The notes under the pieces are model-generated. The model saw only the letters and a list, made by a program, of their open reading frames with translations, ran no database searches and was not told the origin of the DNA. Shown here in pieces: positions 57,370 to 64,000 of a stretch of DNA of 64,000 nucleotides. Position 1 is the stretch's first letter, and every line of letters begins with the position of its first letter. Source of the DNA: Clostridia bacterium. GTDB lineage: Bacteria > Bacillota > Clostridia > Christensenellales > UBA1242. The position numbers were made by a program, and so were the translations under genes. Location of the stretch: NCBI GenBank assembly GCA_050872785.1, contig JBNMHO010000001.1:128004-192003 (forward strand), in the 5' to 3' direction.

Positions 57370-58614
57370 TTAGATAAGTTTTATTTTGTGAGATTCAAGA
57401 TAATATCTCTTTTCTCTTGCTTCGCCAATGGAGAAAGATTTGCGTGGAAGAACGCCATGCTTAATGACAAATTCAAAAAGTTGAGATTTGTCGAGGGTTG
57501 GGAGTGTAAGCCCAATGCTGCCGTCTTTTGCACAAATTTCTTTAAGGCTATCAAGTCCATGCACATAATCAACAGACATTTCAAGTTGGTCTGAAAGGCA
57601 CTTGTCAATGTAGTCTTGCACAAGTTTTATGGCAAGAGGTGAATTGTTTGGAAGGTCATAAGTTTCTTCCTTGCTGCCGATGAAAATTTGTTCTTGCTTG
57701 GCGTCTTCTTTTGAACCCTTATATAGTTTCTTAAGTCCTTTGACAAAACTTGCGTCAGCACCTTTCACAACTCTGTAAATTGGGCTAAACTCAATGCCCT
57801 CGTCGTGAATATTAACTGCTTCCACAAGGACAAAACGTGCTGGGTGAGCTTCCCTTTCTGCTTCGGTCAAGTTTACTTTAATTCTGTTCCAATGTTCTTT
57901 TGCTGTTGCCAAACTGTGATTGCCGTCACCAACTGCAAAAAGAAGTGGGGTTTCAGTGTTAAATGTTTCTTTAAGATAATCTTTGTCAAGAAGTTTATCA
58001 AATTGAGAAATAACTTCGTCAACATTTTTAACTTTCCAGCCAGCGATATGCCCGCCACCCATGTTTAGGTCAAAGTCATAAACTTTTTCCAAGTTTTGTC
58101 TGTTTGCATAAAGGTTTTCCACAATTTTTTGCCTTCTGTCGTCAAACAAAAGCATAATGTGTGGGAATTCCAAAATGGCGTCTTTTCTTATTTCCACTCT
58201 TGGTGGGATACGCTCTATAATTGTGCCTTCAGTTGCTTTTATAAGTGCTGGCACGTCTGGGCGAAAGTCATATGTTTCAAGGTCCACGTTCATAACAAGC
58301 CCAAGTCTGTGTGGGTGAAGCGAAGTTGACCTGTCCACCAAAATCATGCAAGGGCCTGCGTCTTCCACAAGACCTTTTTCATAATATGACTTCATATTTT
58401 TGTTTATTTTATCAATTCTTTCATGATTGTCTTTGCTAAGATAAATTTCTGGGAATGTTAGGTCAAGAGTTGTAGGTGCTCCTTCAACATATTTTGCAAC
58501 CTCCTCCCAATATTTTGGCTCGCTCGTAAATTGGTCGCAAGCGATAACTGCCCATTTGGAGTAGTCCAAATGTTTCTTTGGCAGATAGATGTGTTGTTTT
58601 TTAATAACTGACAT
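57370..58614 (-). CDS. DUF1015 domain-containing protein
   Basis: I place the start at ATG 58614 (MSVIKKQHIYLPK...), preceded by GGAGGAAATT. Its length, the WAVIACDQFTSEP segment and the central motif FAVGDGNHSLATAKEHW fit the DUF1015 family. Confidence 0.8.
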   Translation of the reverse strand: MSVIKKQHIYLPKKHLDYSKWAVIACDQFTSEPKYWEEVAKYVEGAPTTLDLTFPEIYLSKDNHERIDKINKNMKSYYEKGLVEDAGPCMILVDRSTSLHPHRLGLVMNVDLETYDFRPDVPALIKATEGTIIERIPPRVEIRKDAILEFPHIMLLFDDRRQKIVENLYANRQNLEKVYDFDLNMGGGHIAGWKVKNVDEVISQFDKLLDKDYLKETFNTETPLLFAVGDGNHSLATAKEHWNRIKVNLTEAEREAHPARFVLVEAVNIHDEGIEFSPIYRVVKGADASFVKGLKKLYKGSKEDAKQEQIFIGSKEETYDLPNNSPLAIKLVQDYIDKCLSDQLEMSVDYVHGLDSLKEICAKDGSIGLTLPTLDKSQLFEFVIKHGVLPRKSFSIGEAREKRYYLESHKIKLI

Positions 58615-58696
58615 AATTTCCTCCATTGCAAATTTCTTTGCTTTTAACAAGTGTATTCTAGCACATTCTGTGCGATTTGTGAAACGTTTTGCCCCA

Positions 58697-60091
58697 CTAG
58701 AGCGAAGTTACAAATTCTTTTGCTCGGGCGGTTACCGTTTGCATATCTTTTTTGTTCTTAAACTCGCCCATAATTCGCATATATGGCTCTGTGCCAGAAA
58801 ATCTGAGCAACAGCCAGCTGCCGTCTTCAAAAAAATATTTGTGTCCATCAAGATTGCCAACTGACACAACTTTAACTCCAAGATTTGGAATAAACTTTGC
58901 AAGAGCTGTTTCCACTCTTTTCTTATTACCTACCATAACTGCCTCTGCAAAGCAAGTCATGTTATATCCCACATGCTTTTTAAAGTCTTTTATAATTTCA
59001 CTAAGTGGTTTCTTAAGATTTGCCACCATTTCAAGGAGCAAAAGATAAGTCATTATGCCGTCTTTTGTGTAAACATTTGAGCCAAGTTCAATTCCGTTTT
59101 CTTCCGCACCCATATAGGCATTATTGTTGATAAGTGCTTCGCCAATGTTCTTAAAGCCAACTTTTGTTTCAAAATAATCTGTGTGCAAAGTGTCGCAAAC
59201 AAGTTTTCCAAGAGAAGAAAATGCATAATTTGCAACAAAGCCACCCGATACACCTTTCATTTTGACAGCATAATAATAAAGCATTGGAGCAATGAGGTTG
59301 CCGTTGTAATAATTTCCCTTTTCGTCAATCACGCCAATTCTATCCCCGTCACCGTCTGTTGCAAAGCCAAAAGCATAGCCTTCATTAACAACTTTCTTTG
59401 CAAAGTCTTCCAAGTGATCTTCATTTGGAATAGGGGCGGAGCCTTCAAACTCCACATCTCTATTAGTTTTCACAAGATCACAGTTTAATTTCTTTTTGTC
59501 AACAAGCATTTCCACAACTTTTACACTTGAGCCATGCATACAGTTGAAAGTTGTTTTTAATTCTTTCATTCCTTGCAAAAACTTAACGTTTTTCATCATG
59601 TTGTCAATATACTCGCCATAAAGTGATGGTCTTATTTCAAAAAGCCCGTTTTCCTTTGCTTGAGAAAGTTCCATGGTCTTAATTTTCTTTTCGTGGTCGG
59701 CAAGAGAGTTGTATTCTTCTTCAAGATAATGTTCCAAATCCCTGCCGTCTTTTGAGAAAATTTTTATGCCGTTGTAATAATATGGGTTGTGGCTGGCAGA
59801 GATGAGAACACTTATATCATTGCCCAAAAATCTGCCCGCAAAACTGACAAGTGGACAAGGAACGCTTCCCCCTGTCATAACAACCTTTATGTTGTTTGCC
59901 GCAAGGACTTTTGCAAAAAGAGTTGCAAAACTGTCGGACAAAAATCTGTTGTCATAGCCCACAAAAACTTCTTTTTTAAATCTATGCCTTTTTATAATGT
60001 CACAAGTTGCCTTGGCTATTTTTGCCACAGCGTCAAATGTAAAGTCGTCTGCAATAATTCCCCTAAAGCCAGACGTTCCTATTTTCATCAT
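58697..60091 (-). CDS. Alpha-D-phosphohexomutase family enzyme (phosphoglucomutase/phosphomannomutase type)
   Basis: I place the start at ATG 60091 (MMKIGTSGFRGII...), preceded by GGAGGATATTCTT. It has the catalytic Ser loop ISASHNPYYYNGIKIF, the Mg-binding loop FATDGDGDRIGV, the sugar-binding GAEENG-type loop and the C-terminal LLRFSGTEP phosphate loop. Confidence 0.88.
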   Translation of the reverse strand: MMKIGTSGFRGIIADDFTFDAVAKIAKATCDIIKRHRFKKEVFVGYDNRFLSDSFATLFAKVLAANNIKVVMTGGSVPCPLVSFAGRFLGNDISVLISASHNPYYYNGIKIFSKDGRDLEHYLEEEYNSLADHEKKIKTMELSQAKENGLFEIRPSLYGEYIDNMMKNVKFLQGMKELKTTFNCMHGSSVKVVEMLVDKKKLNCDLVKTNRDVEFEGSAPIPNEDHLEDFAKKVVNEGYAFGFATDGDGDRIGVIDEKGNYYNGNLIAPMLYYYAVKMKGVSGGFVANYAFSSLGKLVCDTLHTDYFETKVGFKNIGEALINNNAYMGAEENGIELGSNVYTKDGIMTYLLLLEMVANLKKPLSEIIKDFKKHVGYNMTCFAEAVMVGNKKRVETALAKFIPNLGVKVVSVGNLDGHKYFFEDGSWLLLRFSGTEPYMRIMGEFKNKKDMQTVTARAKEFVTSL

Positions 60092-60295
60092 AAGAATATC
60101 CTCCAAATTGAATTCTAGGTCTATTATATAACACAATTTCTCGCTCGCAAAACAATTTACGGGGGTTCGTTTTAAAAGTTTTTTTAAGATATTTTGTCAA
60201 ATGCTTGCTTTATATTGAATTTTAGAATAAAATAAGGGTGTATTATATATAAAGATGTGTTTTATATGGATACAAAAGATAAGAAAGGAGAAAAA

Positions 60296-60721
60296 ATGGA
60301 CATTTATCTTATTACAACAATATTGCTTGGCGGCATTTGCCTTTTGATGCTAATTCTTCTTATTGCAATAAATAGCAAATATTCAAAAATGCTTCGTGCC
60401 ATGCAAAACAGAGAAGTGGATAACGTCAATCAAAAACATGGCGTTAGATACACTGTTGACCAAACTGTGGTTGACGAAAATGGCGACATGAATGTTTCAC
60501 TTTCGCAAAAGGACATTATCCTAAAGCAAAATGAAACGCAAACGGCGGGCATAAAAAACAAACTTAAGCCCGGCAAATACACTGTGCTTTCAAGTGGTGA
60601 CGATGACGTATTTAATATACGAATCGGAAGCCTTGTGAAAGAATATCGTCATGGGCAAAACATAATTATTGCCGAAGGCGAAAACATTACAGCCGTCAGC
60701 GGAACGGTAATTTTGAGATAA
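60296..60721 (+). CDS. Hypothetical single-pass membrane protein (141 aa), first gene of the SPFH cluster
   Basis: I place the start at ATG 60296 (MDIYLITTILLGGICLLMLILLIAINSKY...), preceded by AAAGGAGAAAAA. It has one N-terminal TM helix and a beta-rich C-terminal part. Confidence 0.65.
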   Translation: MDIYLITTILLGGICLLMLILLIAINSKYSKMLRAMQNREVDNVNQKHGVRYTVDQTVVDENGDMNVSLSQKDIILKQNETQTAGIKNKLKPGKYTVLSSGDDDVFNIRIGSLVKEYRHGQNIIIAEGENITAVSGTVILR

Positions 60722-60733
60722 TAGGAGAAAAAA

Positions 60734-61792
60734 ATGGGACTTTTTAGAATTCTTAAATCACAACTTTTAAAAAATATTGACTGGCTTGACAACACACAAG
60801 ACACCATGGTCTATCGCTTCCCTATGAACGGACGAGAGATTATGATTGGCTCTAAACTTACAGTTAGAGAAAGTCAAGTTGCTATCTTCATGGTCAAAGG
60901 CAAAATTGCTGATGTCTTTGGCCCTGGAATTCACACACTTATTGTGGATAACCTTCCAATTTTGTCGGCACTTCTTGCTTGGCCAAGAGGGTTTAAGTCA
61001 CCTTTCACTGCCGATGTATTCTTTGTGAACACAAAGCAATTTACAAATCAAAAATGGGGCACAACAAACCCAATTACAATGAGAGATAAGGACTTTGGCT
61101 CTATCAGAATAAAGAGTTATGGCACATTTGCTTTCAAAGTAAAAGAGCCAGTTGTTTTCTTAAAAGAACTCTTTGGAACAAACTCACTTTACACCACAGA
61201 AAGTGTTGTGAGTTATCTTAAGAGTATTCTTGTGTCGGGCATTTCTGACACCATTGCTCAAAGCAAAATTAGCGCCCTTGACTTGGCTTGCAATCTTCTT
61301 GAATTTAACGAACTAGCAAAAGGTCAAATTGACAATCAATTTGAAAAACTAGGTCTTGACCTCACCAACCTTGTTATTGAAAACATTTCCTTCCCAGAAC
61401 AAGTGGAAAAAGCACTTGACGCCAACACATCAATGGGCGTTATGGGCGACAAAATGGATATGTATCTGAAATATAAATCTGCCGAAGCCATTGGCGATGC
61501 TGCCAAAAACCCAGGCATGGCTGGGCTTGGAAGCCAACTTGGAGCGGGGCTTGCATTGGGACAAATTATGAAAGACTCAATCTCCTCTGCTTCCACTGAA
61601 AAAACACCTGCAAAGGAAGAAAAGAAAGGTCGCTTCTGCCCAGAATGTGGAGCAGAAAACGGACCTAGAGCAAAATTCTGCTGCGAATGCGGCAAACCTC
61701 TTGCACAAGCAAAGAGAACCTGCCCAAAATGCGGCGCAGAAGTTAGCAAAACTGCAAAGTTCTGCGGTGAATGTGGGAGCGAAATAAAATAA
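60734..61792 (+). CDS. SPFH (band 7) domain protein with C-terminal double zinc ribbon (COG4260 / B. subtilis YdjI-like, virion-core-protein-like)
   Basis: 352-aa ORF with AGGAG RBS. The N-terminus is typical of the YdjI class (MGLFRILKSQLLKNIDWLDNTQDTMVYRFP...LTVRESQVAIFMVKGKIADVFGPG). Two CxxC...CxxC ribbons are present: CPECGAENGPRAKFCCECG and CPKCGAEVSKTAKFCGECG. Confidence 0.85.
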   Translation: MGLFRILKSQLLKNIDWLDNTQDTMVYRFPMNGREIMIGSKLTVRESQVAIFMVKGKIADVFGPGIHTLIVDNLPILSALLAWPRGFKSPFTADVFFVNTKQFTNQKWGTTNPITMRDKDFGSIRIKSYGTFAFKVKEPVVFLKELFGTNSLYTTESVVSYLKSILVSGISDTIAQSKISALDLACNLLEFNELAKGQIDNQFEKLGLDLTNLVIENISFPEQVEKALDANTSMGVMGDKMDMYLKYKSAEAIGDAAKNPGMAGLGSQLGAGLALGQIMKDSISSASTEKTPAKEEKKGRFCPECGAENGPRAKFCCECGKPLAQAKRTCPKCGAEVSKTAKFCGECGSEIK

Positions 61793-62862
61793 TGGCACTA
61801 TCCAACAAATGCAAAAGTTGTGGAGCAGAACTGGTATTTGACATTGGCGAGCAGGCACTTGTTTGCACACACTGCTCGGGCAAAGTGGAATTTGAAAAGA
61901 CAACACAGAAACTTGAGAAAAAAGAATTTGATAGTTCTTCTACAATAGAAAAAGAGCCAACAAAATTCACTCAATTTTTGTGTTCAACTTGCGGTCGTGG
62001 GCATATTTCTCCAACGGATATGCCACTTTCTCGCTGCCCAAGTTGCGGAGCAATGACGCTGGAACGCACAATGAAAGTTGCCTACAGACCAGACGGCATT
62101 ATTCCCTTTAAGATAAAGAAATCTGTTGCACTTGACAAGTTTTATGGCTGGGTGAAAAGAAGAAAACTTGCACCAAACAACCTCAAAAAAATTGCTCGTG
62201 CGGAAACTTTGAATGGCATGTATATTCCCGCCTATGCTTTCGACTTTGAAGCAGACAGCAGATATTCTGGCATAGGAGAAACAGACCACAGGGACAGCAA
62301 AGGAAACACCCACACCACAAGAAAACATTTCAGCGGCACAGACCACAATAGTTATAGAAACTACTTTGAAAGTGCTTGCAGCGAAGTGTCGTCATACAAA
62401 CTTCAATCGCTTGGCGGATATAACTTTACAGACATTTGCCTCTATTCCCCAGAATATCTTTATGGTTGGATGGCAAGCGAAGTTGTAAACAAATTGCAAG
62501 AAGCACACAAGAATATGATAAGTTGTGTGGAAAATGAAATTGCAAGCAGAATTCGCTCGCAAAAAGAAATGTACTACGACCGAGTTTGGAATTTTCAATG
62601 TTCAACAACTTTCAGTGACCAAAAATATAGTTATGTCTATCTTCCCGTTTGGAAAGGCACATACAAATACAAGGCAAAAGATTACTATTATTATGTCAAC
62701 GGCGAAAACGGCGCAGTTACAGGCAATGCCCCAAAGAGTTTTTGGAAGATACTTCTTATTGTCCTTGCCTTCCTTGGTTTTACAGCACTTGTTGTGTGGC
62801 TTGTTATGAAGTTTGGAACATCTGCAGACGAGCCTTTTGACAAATTTATTCCTAATTTATAA
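61792..62862 (+). CDS. Zinc-ribbon protein with C-terminal TM anchor (possibly YdjG-like)
   Basis: I place the start at ATG 61792, overlapping the upstream TAA by 1 nt (TAATG). It has two ribbons, CKSCGAEL...CTHCSG and CSTCGRGH...CPSCGA, and a C-terminal helix FWKILLIVLAFLGFTALVVWLVMKF. The YdjG comparison is from memory of the B. subtilis pspA-ydjGHI operon and is unverified. Confidence 0.7.
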   Translation: MALSNKCKSCGAELVFDIGEQALVCTHCSGKVEFEKTTQKLEKKEFDSSSTIEKEPTKFTQFLCSTCGRGHISPTDMPLSRCPSCGAMTLERTMKVAYRPDGIIPFKIKKSVALDKFYGWVKRRKLAPNNLKKIARAETLNGMYIPAYAFDFEADSRYSGIGETDHRDSKGNTHTTRKHFSGTDHNSYRNYFESACSEVSSYKLQSLGGYNFTDICLYSPEYLYGWMASEVVNKLQEAHKNMISCVENEIASRIRSQKEMYYDRVWNFQCSTTFSDQKYSYVYLPVWKGTYKYKAKDYYYYVNGENGAVTGNAPKSFWKILLIVLAFLGFTALVVWLVMKFGTSADEPFDKFIPNL

Positions 62863-62867
62863 ACAAA

Positions 62868-62906
62868 AAGTTATCCACAATTTCATTGTGGAAATGTGGA
62901 TAACTC
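62868..62906. repeat. Palindromic element, copy 3: AAGTTATCCACA-N16-TGTGGATAACT (DnaA-box consensus in both arms)
   Basis: Arms at 62868-62879 and 62896-62906. The loop contains a further partial box (TTGTGGAAA). It lies between convergent gene ends, next to a separate canonical terminator. Confidence 0.8.
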
Positions 62907-62923
62907 AAAATATGATATAAAAA

Positions 62924-62955
62924 ATCCCGAGGAAATTCCTTGGGATATTTTTTTT
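62924..62955. terminator. Bidirectional rho-independent terminator
   Basis: A5, then ATCCCGAGG, loop AAATT, CCTTGGGAT, then a T-run. The stem is 9 bp with one G-U pair. The T-run overlaps the stop of the minus-strand gene at 62954. Confidence 0.65.
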
Positions 62956-64000
62956 ATTGTTCTCTTTCTAATTCGCTTTCAAGCACCATTTGGCGTCTGC
63001 GTGCTGCCAAAATATCTTCCGACCATTGACAGCCTGGAACACGATGTTCGTTGGTGTTATACAGTTCATGCATAAGTTCGCCATAATGGACACTGTCTTC
63101 TTTCATCAATAGAGGGCCCACAATATCATTTGCCATGCCATCGAGCGTTCTTTCAATTTCTTTTTCATTGTTTTCTATTGGCTCTTCTTTAACTCTGTTC
63201 ATATAAAAAAAATCGCCTGAATTTGTGTAAGAAAATATAACTGATGGAACTTTCTTTTGAATTTTAACTGCCTTTTGCCCCAAAAGCCCGTCAACAATGT
63301 TGTAACATGCCCCTTCATAAAGTTCGCAATAAATATCCTCTAAATCAGTTTCATACTCTCTATGCCCAATTCTCTTATACATTTCAAAATAGTTATTGCC
63401 AACGTCAAGAGCGTTCTTGATGTCGCCTTTGTCTGGCGTTGCATCGTCTGTTGCCGACACTCCAATATAAAATTTTGGGTGAGCATTGAAATATGCTGGA
63501 TTTTTTTTATCGCTATTCTCGTCAACAGGAATCTCTCTATACTCAATGGAGTCATTTCGGAATCTCAAAATGTAGTCTGCGGCACTTTGAGATTCAATTC
63601 TTTGTGGAACCTTAAATCCGCTTTCTTCTTGCTCAACGCAAAACTTGTCGCATAGGGCTTTAATTTCTGGGTTATATTCCATTTTATCATTTTTGCAAGC
63701 CTTTTCTATACACATTGCCAAAACATAATCTAACATCCTTTGAGTAGAGTCTGGGTCGGCGTCATAAAGTCTGGTGTGAGTTGTGAAGTCAAGCATATCA
63801 AATTCTTTGCCGTTGTCAATGTTAAAAACAAAAACTCTCTTTGGCTTGGCGTGAAGTGCTGGGGTTGCTCTTGAAACAAAGTTTGGAATATTCCCGTCAA
63901 GGTCTGGCTTAACCTCATATCTTCTGCCCTCAGTAAAAAGCCCATAAATTCTACCCTCTTTTGTGTCACGCCAAATGGTGTCTATTATCTGATAAACATC
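62954..64000 (-). CDS. Hypothetical acidic protein; the frame stays open to the window edge, so the 5' end may lie outside the window
   Basis: The ORF track starts it at ATG 63796. Reading the same frame upstream gives no stop through base 64000 (DVYQIIDTIWRDTKEGRIYGLFTEGRRYEVKPDLDGNIPNFVSRATPALHAKPKRVFVFNIDNGKEFDM...). No family recognised. Confidence 0.6.
   Translation of the reverse strand, partial: DVYQIIDTIWRDTKEGRIYGLFTEGRRYEVKPDLDGNIPNFVSRATPALHAKPKRVFVFNIDNGKEFDMLDFTTHTRLYDADPDSTQRMLDYVLAMCIEKACKNDKMEYNPEIKALCDKFCVEQEESGFKVPQRIESQSAADYILRFRNDSIEYREIPVDENSDKKNPAYFNAHPKFYIGVSATDDATPDKGDIKNALDVGNNYFEMYKRIGHREYETDLEDIYCELYEGACYNIVDGLLGQKAVKIQKKVPSVIFSYTNSGDFFYMNRVKEEPIENNEKEIERTLDGMANDIVGPLLMKEDSVHYGELMHELYNTNEHRVPGCQWSEDILAARRRQMVLESELEREQ

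Noticed and set aside
15555-62906. The DnaA-box palindromes as evidence that the chromosomal replication origin (oriC) lies in this window.
   Set aside because: No dnaA or dnaN gene is present. The boxes occur as three isolated pairs spread over 47 kb, not clustered beside an AT-rich unwinding element. recR is only loosely origin-proximal in some Firmicutes. A dispersed repeat or operator explains them better.
1-64000. An alternative genetic code (TGA = Trp, Mollicutes code 4).
   Set aside because: Trp is encoded by TGG at conserved positions (e.g. the LYAxW repeats and GGWVRS in AsnRS). The 10,967-codon frame has no in-frame TGA, which would be implausible if TGA were the main Trp codon. 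The XRE fragment ends at TGA. The standard code 11 fits.

Overview
AT-rich bacterial chromosomal window. It looks like a low-GC Bacillota/Mycoplasmatota-type organism: strong GGAGG-type Shine-Dalgarno sites, and DUF1846, YjzC-like, YdjI-like, RecR and Tex genes. It uses the standard genetic code: Trp is encoded by TGG throughout, and the 10,967-codon ORF has no in-frame TGA. Just over half the window (16908-49811, minus strand) is one uninterrupted 32.9 kb gene for a 10,967-aa protein. That protein has a cytoplasmic Q/N-rich tail, one signal-anchor helix, long arrays of Listeria-Bacteroides (Flg_new/InlB B-repeat) domains, seven parallel beta-helix cassettes with Chlamydia-Pmp-like GGAIY/FxxN repeats, a BspA-type LRR island, and an orphan Cys/His/aromatic-rich C-terminal domain. 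The flanks are mostly housekeeping or accessory genes: asnS, a 1,419-aa CvpA-fused membrane protein, a GT2-TPR glycosyltransferase, a PaaI thioesterase, an SDR, DUF1846, a TVP38-family protein, recR, a heterodimeric ABC exporter, tex, DUF1015 and a phosphohexomutase. Other items worth a second look: (a) a two-gene operon of tandem paralogs with no family I recognise, one carrying six FNEEKFL-type motifs; (b) a palindrome whose arms are perfect DnaA-box consensus sequences, found at three separate intergenic sites; (c) an SPFH/double-zinc-ribbon (YdjI-like) trio with no pspA in view; (d) two SD-less genes with -10 boxes placed for leaderless transcripts. I saw no rRNA, tRNA, CRISPR array, transposase or integrase. 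All domain calls come from reading motifs by eye. Sub-gene coordinates are approximate (roughly +/-100 nt), and no database search was run.
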